DNA of 60,823 bases, filler included, from Globobulimina sp. (lineage: Eukaryota), in NCBI GenBank assembly GCA_003354225.1. It is 17 parts of 17 records of this genome, joined end to end, with 100 filler letters (N's around TTAATTAATTAA, not from the genome) between each part and the next. Parts side by side here need not be neighbours in the genome. Positions count along the whole stretch, not along the records: positions 1 to 3,490 come from PIVH01002679.1; positions 3,591 to 7,078 come from PIVH01002680.1; positions 7,179 to 10,663 come from PIVH01002681.1; positions 10,764 to 14,247 come from PIVH01002682.1; 13 more parts are not named here. The stretch is one strand, 5' to 3'. The translations under genes and the position numbers were made by a program. Below, piece by piece: positions 1-10,891 of this stretch (position 1 is its first letter; each line of letters starts with the position of its first letter). Below the pieces are notes generated by a model that did not search any database, was not told where the DNA came from, and saw only the letters and a list, made by a program, of their open reading frames with translations.

Positions 1-1218
1 AAACATGGACACAAAAAACGATAAAATTCCTAATAAAAATAATGGAATTTCATACAATATTAATTCAATAAAAAAGAATAAGGTTTTGCTTTGCACAAAA
101 GTGACATCAGCGTTGTCTTTGCAATATGGCAGGTCTCGCTGCATAAAACGGGGCCGAATGTATTGTACACAATTATTGACGTCCCAGTCGCGGTCATTTG
201 CGATCACGCCACATTGATATATGTGATTGCCAGCATTCTCATTCTCATTCTGTGCGGTGTTGGCAGTCACAGATAATATGACATCGCAGGTATAATCAAC
301 CGGGACAAAATCCGGCCTTCCCGTGCCATCTCCATTTAAATACCGAATATTTCCCGTTGCGATGCCAATCACTAAAAAAACAAAGCCGCCATTGCCCATA
401 AACCATCCTAAGTTCTTGCCGCGATGGATCGGCGAGACGATGCCGAGCCGAATGATGGAAGACTTAATATTCAAATTCGAAGTCGAAGTATAATGTTTTA
501 CCACATTTTCAGCCATGTTTTTAGTAAACGTATAGGAATTGGGCCATTCTTGCCGTTGCTTTGGATTATGTTTGGATGTGATGGATTTCATTTTCTTAAT
601 GTATTTCTCATCAAAATGGTGAGTGGGGGAAGCCAACCAGTCGTTGAATATTTTAACAAAATCAAGACCAGAATCATATATTTCTTCCTTGACGTGCTTG
701 CTTGTATGCTCCCTGGCATTCACATACAAGGTCGAAATGTGAATAAATGATTTGGCATCAATTTCGTGCGCAATTTGAATGGCTTGGTACGTGCCGTAAA
801 CATTAATATTGATCGATTCGTTTAATTCTCGATTAAAATCGATGTCCGCCGCACAATGTATCACAACAATGCCTTTTTTATTATTTGCATTATGGGCATA
901 TTTCAATTGTGATACCATTTTATCGTCAAAACCTAATAATTCATCGCTTAATTCACCTTCCATCGCAACAATGCGTTGTTTAACAATTATATTATTTATA
1001 TCGGTCGCCGATAATTCCAATATCTCATTGGTTAATATTCCATGTCTTAATCTTTCATGAACGGTCGCATATTTTCTGCCACATCGCAACAAACAAAATA
1101 TTTTACAGTCGTCTGCATTTTTTACATTTAATAATCTCTGTAATAATACAGTACCAATAAAACCCGATGCTCCCGTTAGAAATACATTGTAGTCACATAA
1201 AATTTCATCAACATTCAT
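1..1218 (-). CDS. Fatty acyl-CoA reductase (male-sterility/NAD_binding_4 family), 3'-partial
   Basis: Absent from the ORF track because it runs off the window edge. Hand translation from ATG at 1218 gives MNVDEILCDYNVFLTGASGFIGTVLL (Rossmann), VIHCAADIDF, NVYGT, FIHISTLYV, WPNSYTFTKNMAE (YxxxK), IIRLGIV and DFVPVD. Confidence 0.9.
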   Translation of the reverse strand, partial: MNVDEILCDYNVFLTGASGFIGTVLLQRLLNVKNADDCKIFCLLRCGRKYATVHERLRHGILTNEILELSATDINNIIVKQRIVAMEGELSDELLGFDDKMVSQLKYAHNANNKKGIVVIHCAADIDFNRELNESININVYGTYQAIQIAHEIDAKSFIHISTLYVNAREHTSKHVKEEIYDSGLDFVKIFNDWLASPTHHFDEKYIKKMKSITSKHNPKQRQEWPNSYTFTKNMAENVVKHYTSTSNLNIKSSIIRLGIVSPIHRGKNLGWFMGNGGFVFLVIGIATGNIRYLNGDGTGRPDFVPVDYTCDVILSVTANTAQNENENAGNHIYQCGVIANDRDWDVNNCVQYIRPRFMQRDLPYCKDNADVTFVQSKTLFFFIELILYEIPLFLLGILSFFVSMF

Positions 1219-1324
1219 TGTTACCGATTTAAGCAAGACGTGGCAGGGATGAAAGGTACAACTTTATGTACAAGCAGAGTTTTTAAGTTTGTTGAACTTG
1301 AAACAGGCTAACAACTGAAGAAAA

Positions 1325-1367
1325 ATATGTTCTATTTATATGTTCTATTTATATGTTCTATTTATAT
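1325..1367 (+). repeat. 13-bp tandem repeat (ATATGTTCTATTT) x3
   Basis: Read directly from the sequence. Confidence 0.85.
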
Positions 1368-1573
1368 CTATATTCTATTTGATATCATATAGCATTTGAC
1401 TTTTTGCTTCCTATGAAATGGTCGATGGTAACGTACAGTTTTCTGCAGTTTTCCAAAAGCCTGACTGAATATTCGACAGCTCGAATCTATAAATACACGG
1501 CTCACTAATTACATTCAATTGTGGGGATTAGTGATAATAACGAATGGCTATGGTTGCAATTATGAATGAATGA

Positions 1574-1790
1574 TCGATTACATATACTGGCATTTTTTAT
1601 GTTATTTCTTTGACACAGAGACAAAAACAGAAAACAAAGAGGTGGAGAATGTATATGTTGCAGCACATAATGATATGATATATATATATATATGATTGAA
1701 GATGATGTGGGATGAAGAAAAAAAAGAGAAACAATATTGAATATGAGGGGGATATGTTTTATCCATCATATTGTTATATGGCAAGAAATT
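1574..1790 (+). pseudogene. Decayed fragment of the VWA-associated family seen intact at 25106-27274
   Basis: Pieces translate as SITYTGIFY/(frameshift)YFFDTETK and MFYPSYCY, matching SITFNGLLSEYFFDSKT and LFYPSYCY in the contig-8 protein. The frame is broken. Confidence 0.6.
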
Positions 1791-1968
1791 TCGGAGCCAT
1801 CCAATAAATCTAAAACAAGGTTGTATGTACTGCCAGCGTTGAAAGCTATTTTAGCAGTAATAAAAATGTAACGTTTTTCACTTTTCAATTTCTATTCAGC
1901 TAATCCTGTCAACAACAAACAGCTAAAAAAACGCAATATTTCCAACCCCCCTTTATGATTGCTGAAAC

Positions 1969-3396
1969 ATGAACCGTTTGATAAAACTCTTGTGTCATTT
2001 AGAGCGGCACGACAATGAATTATCATCTCAAGAGACGCACAATCACAAGATTGGCATACTCGGGAATGCAGATGTTGGTGGTGTAAAAAAATATGAATCG
2101 ACTAATTTAGATCGTGGTAACAATACAGTAACACATTGGGAACGAAAAATCGATGCATTAGAATATGTATTATTACGCAAAAAGATAATGAGTGCCTATG
2201 AATTACGGTATGGCATTGAATCATTACCAAACAAAGCATATTTAAGTATTACATATTATGAGAAATGGATGTATTCCATATTGATTACCACATTGAGGAA
2301 AGGATTATACTCAGAAAGTGAGTTAAATGAAAAGTATATGCAATATTTACAAGAGCATAACAAATATAAACCCACCAATCCATCCACACCACGATTTAAA
2401 ATAAATGATAATGTGCGCGTCCGTGATATATTTGATCCCGAAATAACAAATCTAGTCTGGAGATTGGCGATAAACGTTCCGGAAAAACAGCATGTTCGCA
2501 CTCCAGGATTTATCCAAAATAAATCAGGTTTTATCGAGAGTTATGTCGGTTGCTATAAAGCGCCAGAATTGGCATCACTGAATATACCACATAATAAGTG
2601 CCATTTATATCGGGTTAGGTTCAAACAAAAAGATATTTGGAATGAAAATGATAATTTTGGTGAGGATGATAGTGTGGATATGGAATTAATGGAACATTGG
2701 TTACAACCAATCAATGAACAGGATTTATATAAAAATGGCAGAAAAGATAGGGATTTGATTGAACACAAAGCCATCGATATTGAACCGACAGTATCACCGT
2801 ATCAGATTATATCACAATGTGTGATTCAATTATTAGTCGAAAAGGGAGTGATAACAATGAATGAAATACGAAAACAAATTGAGTTTTTTGATAACAAATT
2901 ATACGACAATTTAGGCGCAAAAATTACGATTAAAGCGTGGAGAAATCCAGATTGGAAAACTAAATTATTGGATAATAGCAATGGGAAAAATCCGTATAAA
3001 TTAATACGGGAAACGTTTAAGGAAATACCCGATGATTATTATGATACTCATTTAAAAGTGGTGCAAAATACAGACAAAATACATAATGTTATTGTATGTA
3101 CATTGTGTTCATGTTATCCTCGGCAAATACTCGGAATGCCGCCTGATTGGTACAAAAGTATTAAATATCGGAGTGAAATTGTTTATAAAACGCGAGAATT
3201 GTTGGCCAAGGAATTTGGATGCATTTTGGATAAAGAGATGGTAGTACGAATCCATGACAGTACGAGCGATTTAAGATATATTGTTTTACCGCATTTACCA
3301 ACACAAATTGGTACGAATTGGATGCATTTAACTGATAAAGAATTGGAAAGTAGGATTACAAGAGATATGATGATTGGTGTTTGTAGATACAATTAA
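1969..3396 (+). CDS. Fused beta-alpha cobalt-type nitrile hydratase / thiocyanate hydrolase family enzyme
   Basis: Beta motifs WERK, ELRYGIE, YYEKW, PRFKINDNVRV, HVRTPG, LYRVRF and EHWL. Alpha motifs LLVEKG, KAWRNPDWK, NVIVCTLCSCYP, PPDWYKS and HDSTSDLRYIVLP. Intronless. Confidence 0.95.
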   Translation: MNRLIKLLCHLERHDNELSSQETHNHKIGILGNADVGGVKKYESTNLDRGNNTVTHWERKIDALEYVLLRKKIMSAYELRYGIESLPNKAYLSITYYEKWMYSILITTLRKGLYSESELNEKYMQYLQEHNKYKPTNPSTPRFKINDNVRVRDIFDPEITNLVWRLAINVPEKQHVRTPGFIQNKSGFIESYVGCYKAPELASLNIPHNKCHLYRVRFKQKDIWNENDNFGEDDSVDMELMEHWLQPINEQDLYKNGRKDRDLIEHKAIDIEPTVSPYQIISQCVIQLLVEKGVITMNEIRKQIEFFDNKLYDNLGAKITIKAWRNPDWKTKLLDNSNGKNPYKLIRETFKEIPDDYYDTHLKVVQNTDKIHNVIVCTLCSCYPRQILGMPPDWYKSIKYRSEIVYKTRELLAKEFGCILDKEMVVRIHDSTSDLRYIVLPHLPTQIGTNWMHLTDKELESRITRDMMIGVCRYN

Positions 3397-3490
3397 TGAC
3401 ATTTATTGTATACTGTAAGTGCAAGGAGACGTAGACGGAATTTAATTTATTAAACATTAAGTTGATACAATTCAATCATGTCTATATTAA

Positions 3491-3590
3491 NNNNNNNNNN
3501 NNNNNNNNNNNNNNNNNNNNNNNNNNNNNNNNNNTTAATTAATTAANNNNNNNNNNNNNNNNNNNNNNNNNNNNNNNNNNNNNNNNNNNN
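3491..3590. other. Artificial contig-joining linker N44-TTAATTAATTAA-N44 (first of 16)
   Basis: Identical 100-nt spacers also at 7079-7178, 10664-10763, 14248-14347, 17832-17931, 21416-21515, 25000-25099, 28584-28683, 32167-32266, 35750-35849, 39333-39432, 42916-43015, 46498-46597, 50080-50179, 53662-53761 and 57243-57342. The core places stops in all six frames. Confidence 0.99.
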
Positions 3591-3681
3591 GTACTGTACT
3601 GTTGACTGTACTGTACTGTACTGTACTGTACTTTACTGTTGACTGTACTGTTGACTTTACTGTACTATTTACTGTACTGTT
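3591..3681. repeat. (GTACT)n-derived microsatellite at contig end
   Basis: gtactgtact pentamers mixed with gttgact variants. Confidence 0.9.
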
Positions 3682-4221
3682 CACCAGTATTTGTATATTT
3701 AAATTGTAAACAACATTATTCATCAATTGTTTTTACCCTCCGCCTACTCTAAATCAGGGCATGACCTACTAGAAAGGGCAGAAAAAATTGGGGTAAAAAT
3801 ATTGTGCGATGCGAATTTGAAGTACAATGCCCTGTTTTTTATACCATAAATTTGATGTTTTGCCATTATTTTTACTGCGAATATTGTCAATTTTTAGATT
3901 TCTGTTAAAACGGGTTTCTGCAAAATAAAATATTGCGTAAACAATGTTTACTCATCAGTTACAGTAGACGCCATTGGCCATGAACTTTCTGGTTCTACAT
4001 GATTGAAAAACTTGTCTGTCGCAAATCGACATCATCAGTACATCGCTGGGGGCTATTGTGATGAACAATGTTTCAAAAATAAGACAATTTGTTCCAATTT
4101 ATACAACAACTACAAATATAGCGCAGCCAGAAGTCAACCAAAAAATGAATGCATATTAGTAAGTTATTTATTATAACCACGCTTTCACACCAACTCAATA
4201 ATTTCTTGGTAGTGTTATACT

Positions 4222-4787
4222 TAGTGGATTTTCAGTTATGCGATTTTACTTTATTTTCAGTTTCAGTTTCAGTTAGCTGAGCCTTTTGGACTTTCAGTTT
4301 CAGTTTTCAGTTAACTGATAATATTTTCAGTTTTGAAGCCAACATTTTCAGTTTCAGTTTTCAGTTAAAAACTGAAAATACTTTCAGTTTTAACTGAAAA
4401 TAATTTTCAGTTAACTGATTATATTTTCAGTTATAACTGAAAATAATTTCTCATATTTTAAGTTTTTTGGCAAAAAGTTCCTAATAAAGTTAAAATATCA
4501 ACAATTCGTGCTCTAAAACAGCAATTTAGATGAAAATATGATAATGAATGTCAACATTCGCCTTTTTTGATCTCATAACAGCGAGTAAACAAGATATTTG
4601 ACAACAATAGTGACATGCTTTTTAGCTGAAAGTCTAACTGAAAATCGAAAATATCGGCCAGCGAAAACTTTCAGTTTCAGTTTATTTTCAGTTACGGCAC
4701 TTTATTTTCAGTTTCAGTTAACTGATAATATTAACTGAAAATAAACTGAAAATAATTTTCAGTTATCAGTTAACTGAAAATCCACTA
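4222..4787. mobile_element. Non-autonomous DNA transposon (MITE, hAT-like termini)
   Basis: Perfect 17-bp TIR TAGTGGATTTTCAGTTA (4222-4238) / TAACTGAAAATCCACTA (4771-4787). Interior is packed with TTTTCAGTT/AACTGAAAA motifs. Flanking direct repeat TATACT at 4216-4221 and 4788-4793. Confidence 0.85.
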
Positions 4788-5271
4788 TATACTGTATCTC
4801 GGTGCTTCCCCGCTGTGTAAAAATTCTGCATTCCTTTATGTTTTTTAACAGTTGGCGAAAAATATAAAATAATATTTTATTTTATAAAATATACAAATGC
4901 AATATATTACAAAAGCGATTATTATTCATGATCGAGATTGACACTAGCCCCATGGAATCCAAATGTATTTTGTAATTGTATTCTGAAATGATTACGGAGA
5001 AGAGTGGGACATCCACCGCATTGACAATCGACTGCATCTGATACTGAATGAGTGCAATAGAAGAAACTGCAACGGAAAAATTGATGACAAGCTTTGCTGC
5101 AAGGGGCACTGCTTGCTGTCCCTGAAAGAACAATAACTGTTTATGAAATGTTTAACATAACTTCAAAAACGAAAAATGAAGATGTAATTGTAATAAAAGG
5201 TGTAATTTTCGTATCTCCCTCCGCTGTGTAATACACCGTCTTTACTGTACCTTCTGTTCGGTTGCAGCTAG

Positions 5272-6538
5272 TTATCCCCATTCCTGTTCTCCCCATTCCA
5301 GGTTTCCCCATTCCGGTTTTCCCCATTCCAGGTTTCCCCATTCCGGTTTTCCCCATTTCAGTTTTCCCCATTTCCGTTTTTCCCCATTCCGGTTTCCCCA
5401 TTTCCGTTTTTCCCCATTCCGGTTTTCCCCATTTCCGGTTTTCCCCATTCCGGTTTTCCCCATATGAATTTTGAAAAATTACTACCATGGCATGGTTCTT
5501 AGTAGATTTTAATAAATAACTAAAGCTAACTTTCTAATGCCAATTGTTATCTGTTGCAAACATCAAAATTGGAAAGTTTGCACTGAAAATTCTGACCTCC
5601 ACCCAGAGGTGCGCAAGGGGGGGCTAGCACGGGGCTAGAATTTTTGGGAAAATTTTTTTTGCTTGCTAAAAATTATTTGATGAAAAATGGTGCTGAATAT
5701 GATTAAAGTGCAATATATTTTTAAAATAGCCTTCTATGTTTGTGTAGCAAAACACCAGCTTTGATTGGGAATGATACTAATGTCAAACAAAAACATCTAA
5801 AATACAGAGAAGGCTATTTTAAACTGCAAAAATACATTTTTGGGGGTAAAGAACGATATTTCAGTCCGAACGGGGCTAGAATTTTTGAAATTAGCACGGG
5901 GCTAGAAAAATTTGGTGCGCACGTCTGCCTCCACCAACAGTTGAATATTGAGCTGGGATTGCCACATCCTGTAGACTGGCTGGATTAACGAGGAAACTGC
6001 TTCGACCGGATGTCATACAGTGCCGTTTTCATTCGCGTAAAATCGGGAAATGATCCACCAAGACCAGGAACATCCCCCAACCGATTAGTAAACTCATTGT
6101 AAATAGCTCGCATTGGCTTTTGTGGACGTTCACTGACATCATTCCGCACGACAGTCAATGCCGTTTTGATCTTCCACAAATCGTCATCTGACAAACAGTT
6201 GACACAATATGGATTATGAAACTGATCCCATGACTTTCCACCGTTAGACCACACACGCCCTTTTTACAAAACCTCTGCGCCCAAATTCGCCATAGCCCTG
6301 CTAAGAGTAAACTGGCATCATCATCATCATAAACTCAGATATACTCAAGAGTTCTTGTCAAGAGCCATGAAATACTGAATAAATTGCATGTAAATTTAAA
6401 AAATTTTTTTTTACAAAAACGAAAATGGGGAAAACCGGAATTGGGAGAAACGGAAATGGGGAAAACCGGAATGGGGAAAACCAGAATGGGGAAAACCGGA
6501 ATTTCCAAAAGTGAATGGGGAGAAACGGAATTGGGTTC
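5272..6538 (-). mobile_element. Degenerate Mutator-like (foldback/Phantom-type) element with inverted arrays of ~15-bp repeats
   Basis: (TTCCGGTTTTCCCCA)n array at ~5272-5463 and a reverse-complement array at ~6420-6538. Between them lie broken minus-strand pieces KPMRAIYNE...MKTALYDIRSKQFPR / NPASLQDVAIPAQYSTVGGGQNF / ILMFATDNN, resembling the region just upstream of a MULE transposase core. Confidence 0.6.
5604..5927. mobile_element. hAT-family MITE inserted in the MULE-like relic
   Basis: TIR CAGAGGTGCGCA / TGCGCACGTCTG (11/12 match). Perfect 8-bp TSD CCTCCACC at 5596-5603 and 5928-5935. Subterminal GGGGCTAG(A/C) repeats. Confidence 0.92.
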
Positions 6539-6950
6539 AGTGTACTGAACATGAACAATACTGGAATACATTGGAGTACTCTACTACCCGTGTGAAGGCA
6601 TATGTTGAGAGTTGTGCTTCCGTTGTTGTTAATAGCACCACATTGACTTGCCCATGACTGTACGTTGTCTTGCTTACTGCACCGAATACATAGAGCCGTT
6701 TCCATTTCAGTGGGTGCCACGCCACTGCAGCGGTTTCCTTTTCAGCTGTCCCAGATTTCAGTGCTGCTCAAATTCCTTTTAGGTACTTCTTAGGCTTATG
6801 CTTTGCTTAAGTATATCAGAAACTCAGCGGATCATAATTTCGTGTATTAAGAGTGATCTCCGATCGAAGGCCAGAAATTGTGGGAAAATCGGTGTTCTGG
6901 TACCAAAAATTCACTGATTTTGGAGCTGAATTCCCTGACTTTTCCCTGAC

Positions 6951-7078
6951 GAATGCAACAATTTGAATGTGTCGATGAATGCAACAATTTGAATGTGTCG
7001 ATGAATGCAATAATTTGAATGTGTCGATGAATGCAACAATTTGAATGTGTCGATGAATGCAATAATTTGAATGTGTCG
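6951..7078. repeat. 26-bp tandem repeat GAATGCAAYAATTTGAATGTGTCGAT, ~5 copies, running into the contig end
   Basis: Direct reading; the copies are contiguous with no spacers. Confidence 0.95.
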
Positions 7079-7178
7079 NNNNNNNNNNNNNNNNNNNNNN
7101 NNNNNNNNNNNNNNNNNNNNNNTTAATTAATTAANNNNNNNNNNNNNNNNNNNNNNNNNNNNNNNNNNNNNNNNNNNN

Positions 7179-10100
7179 AAGATTTGATACACACCAGACA
7201 TTGTGACATATTCAATAAACACCCGACGCTCGGAAAAAACGAAAGTAGCGATTTAGGCGAGATGGAACATGAAGATATCCAGGAATCCGATGATGACAAT
7301 GCATTTATTTCGGTGCAAGACGTACGAGACACAAACGAAGAGAAGAAAGGCGACGACGAGCAAAAGCAAAATAAAAATGGCGATGATGATGCGTCGGGTT
7401 CAGACGGTTCAGATGGAGGTGGCACAGACGATGACGACGCGTCAGGTTCCGATGATGATGACGGTTTGTGCATTTTCAACATTTTTCTTAGTACACTAAA
7501 AAAAAGTTTTTTTTTTGACTTTACATAATGCCAATGTCAACTGTGTAACCTTTGCCTGCATCAGATGATACGTGGAGTAGTTGGGACGACAAACACCAAC
7601 ACCACCACAAACACGAAGAGTCTGCGGATTCGTCGGACGAAGGCTCGGATGGCGGCGGCGCAGCCAATGTGGATGACACTGAAGCGACCAAAGAGAAAAC
7701 ATTTGGCATCGAAGCCTTCGATGAGGAGACTTTGGCCCAAATGCGGCATCGTTCCTTTTGGGTAAAGGGCGGTGTAACAAAAGTGCAGACCGCCAAAACC
7801 AAGAAGAAAGTGCGCAAACCGAAGAGCACGAAAAGCAAAGCCAAAGAGAAAGAGCCTGCGACGGAGGCCAAAGAGGAGAAGAAGGAGAAGGAGAAAGAGC
7901 ATCGCCGCAAAGAGAAGCAGCGGGGGCCCACCAAATGGAGCGTGAATAAGATCTTTACCATATTCCAGAGCGTGCTGACCGACCGCGGCAAGACGAGCGT
8001 GAATCGCGACGTGATCGTGGCGCGTTTGGATGAGCTGATAGTTCAATGTGGATTACATAAGGCGGAGCAGGCGCGGCTGACTGTGATCAGTGTGCTCATC
8101 TCCTTTTATTTCGACACGGCCTCGCGCAAAACCACTGGAATGAGCGGGACGCGCTGGCGGAAGACCCGCGGACTCATTGTCTCTATGTTGAAGTCGCTGA
8201 GTAAGAACATCGATGTGCTGCGGCTCAGCAACGACGCGGACCTTCGGCTGATATTAAAGGACGACGGCAAGAAAGAGAAAGAGGTCAAAGATGAATGGAT
8301 GGCGGCGCTGATGGAGGAGGAGGACAATGGCAACAAAGCGGAGAAGAAGGAGGATGGGAACAAGATTGCTATGGATGTCGCGTCGGGTTTCAGTGTCATA
8401 AATACGTTGAGTAAGAAAAAGAAATTGGATGACAAATACCAATGGGTTCACGGCAATATGTTGAGGTATTTTTATTTCATATAAATTATATATAATACGT
8501 AATAAATGTGCATTGGATACACAGTTTCATCAAGAAATTGACCGTGGAAATCTGGACAAATTTGAAGTCATTGTCCAGCAAAAGTGCGTTGTACGAGAAA
8601 CGCAAACAAAACACCGAATTATTGCTCAACACCTACAAAAAAGCCGTCTTTTATTTCGGTAAATTGAACCTCAAAGCCGTCCAATCTGAAATCGAAGTGT
8701 TAGCGATGAGCGCTATGCACTGTGACTACAATGAAAAATTAGACGAATTGAAGGAAAAACTGCAAAATAAACGCAACCAATCAGCCTCAAAAACGTGTGC
8801 AGCTACAAACAGCGCCAAAAAGCTAATCTTCCCCGGCTCGAATGGCCAAAAACAAGAATGTATTTTGAACCTTCCGTCGCAGAAAGACTGTCCCATCGTA
8901 AATAAGGCCCAATTTGTGTTCAAAAACGGCTCGGTTCGCGCTCAAACCGCGGCCATGTTATACTTAATCTTTTTCATGGCATTGCATAACCGCTTCTCGC
9001 TGTGCCGCGACTTATTATTAATGTCGCATTTGGGCTCACAAACTCGTATTGGCAGTTGCGGCAATATCGAACTGCAGATTTTGTACAACCGCGCCATTTC
9101 CCGCTTCGCTGTTTGTGCCTTCTTCGCCGGACATTGGTACACCACAATGATCATTTTGCAGGAACTGTTCTCGTCGAACCGCTACAAAATATTATTGGCT
9201 CAGGGTTTCATCCGCGCGCCGCCCGAGATTTCCACGTCGGAACAGATCAAATTGCAGCAATTGCAGGCTTCGCGAATGTTGCCGCCGCACTTTCATATTC
9301 AAGCAGACTTATTGGAGGCCAGCCATTTGTTTGCCAGCTTATTTTGTGAGATACCCAATATGGCGCATAATAGCTACACCAACGGCTTTATCCGCAACGC
9401 GTATTTCCGCAAAGTGTGGCATCAATACTTACGAAGGGATTTGAGAGTGCCGCCGGAGAACACAAAGGATTTCATACTCAGTGTCGGCATTTATATGCAA
9501 AACGGAGAGTGGCCGCTTTGTAAGGCATTGTGTAAGAAATTGAAATTGTGGCACAACATCGGCAAGAAATATGGTGTGGAGATCGAGCGCTTTGTGCTGA
9601 AAAAGGTGTTTTCCAGCGTCAAGAGGTCGTGTTTGCGGTGCTATTTATATCGATACGGTTCGTGTTACAAAGATATTCGCGTTTCGGTGCTGGCGGAGAT
9701 GTTCGATTTAAGCGAGGAGCATTGTAAGCAGTTCGTGGCGAAGCTGATCAATGACAATAATGGGAAGGAACAGGTAAAGTTTGCCAGCTTCGACGAGTTG
9801 ACGCAGTGCATCACCATTCATAGCAAGCCGTGCCTGCCGATACAGAAAAGTGCCTTGGAATATAGCGAGAAGTTGTCGTTTTTGATTGAGCAGAATGAGA
9901 AGTTGCTGGGTATTTATTCGCGGTATTCGTCGTATGGCGGAGGGGGCGGTGATTACAAAGGAAAGGGAAAAGGAAAAGGAAAAGGAAAAGGGAAGGATGG
10001 CAATGATAAAAATAAAGGGAAGAATAGTCAGTGGAACAAAGGTGGGCCGCAAAAGAAAAGAGGCGGGACACGGTTTAATCGGTCGGGTGGCGGCGGCGGC

Positions 10101-10202
10101 GGTTCCAGCAATGCGGGACAACAGAATTCAAGTAATCGCTCGCAATTTGGCTATAAATCGGTTCGCACACAACTTCGATCAATAAGACCGAAAAGAACAT
10201 GA
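7179..10202 (+). CDS. EIF3C: Translation initiation factor 3 subunit C, 5'-partial, spliced
   Basis: Three ORFs join in frame through GT-AG introns 7464-7564 and 8466-8524. Acidic N-terminal region, RGK motif, VHGNMLSFIKKL, QILYNRAI, LPPHFHI, PPENTKD and a C-terminal PCI domain with a Gly/Lys-rich tail. Confidence 0.93.
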
Positions 10203-10392
10203 TATATAATATATGATTGTTACTGCTACGTACTACCACTACTTCTGCTTTTAGTTTCTTCTTATTTTGTCACTGCTAAATTAGGTCCACTGTTATAAAT
10301 AGGACAGACAAAAAAAGAAAATTTAAAAAAATGCAATTAAAATTCAAAGAAGTAGAAATATTTCACAATAAAAATATGTCATAAACTTTTAA

Positions 10393-10663
10393 TTATTTAG
10401 TTTTACAAATTGTTAATTCCTGTTTTCTTAACTCAACAAAAAAATTACTCTCAACAAATTTACAACGCATTTCATCTGAAAATACACTCTCTAACCAGTT
10501 AAAACCACGTGGATCTTTAATTATTATTCGATCAAATGTTTTTGGTAATATTGCTGAATCAATAATCGATAATAAATTATAAATATTAAATGTAAACTCT
10601 CCATCTGTAATAATTATTATTTCATTCATATTTGGAAATAATTCAAATAATAATGGTTTAAAT
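10393..10663 (-). CDS. Hypothetical protein, 5'-partial
   Basis: Open frame from the contig end to the stop at 10393; no motif recognised. Confidence 0.5.
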
Positions 10664-10891
10664 NNNNNNNNNNNNNNNNNNNNNNNNNNNNNNNNNNNNN
10701 NNNNNNNTTAATTAATTAANNNNNNNNNNNNNNNNNNNNNNNNNNNNNNNNNNNNNNNNNNNNTATTAGGAGATGGTGATGACCTCTGCATAGGTTTTAA
10801 AATTTTTCTAAAACGCAGTGTTTCAAACAGGTCCTATTCTAAAGTAGTAAAGCAAGTTGAAACAGATAGAATATTTGACCCGAGCAGAAAA

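Noticed and set aside
5141-5488. ORFs with GKPEM/FPIPV pentapeptide repeats (also 6335-6720), or a telomeric reading of TTCCCC
   Set aside because: These are translations of a 15-bp DNA repeat that is open in several frames on both strands. The unit is irregular, internal and paired with an inverted array, which fits transposon subterminal repeats.
3756-6300. CAGGGC...GCCCTG as the two TIRs of one large hAT element
   Set aside because: The match is only about 6 bp and the flanks (CTCTAAAT versus CTAAGAGT) do not form a TSD.
6951-7078. 26-bp repeat as a CRISPR array
   Set aside because: Units are contiguous with no unique spacers, no cas genes are present, and the context is eukaryotic.
7496-10185. 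Many antisense and alternate-frame ORFs over eIF3c (likewise over AP-3 delta, G-alpha and PhoD)
   Set aside because: These are shadow ORFs caused by locally higher GC and codon bias, with no independent motifs.
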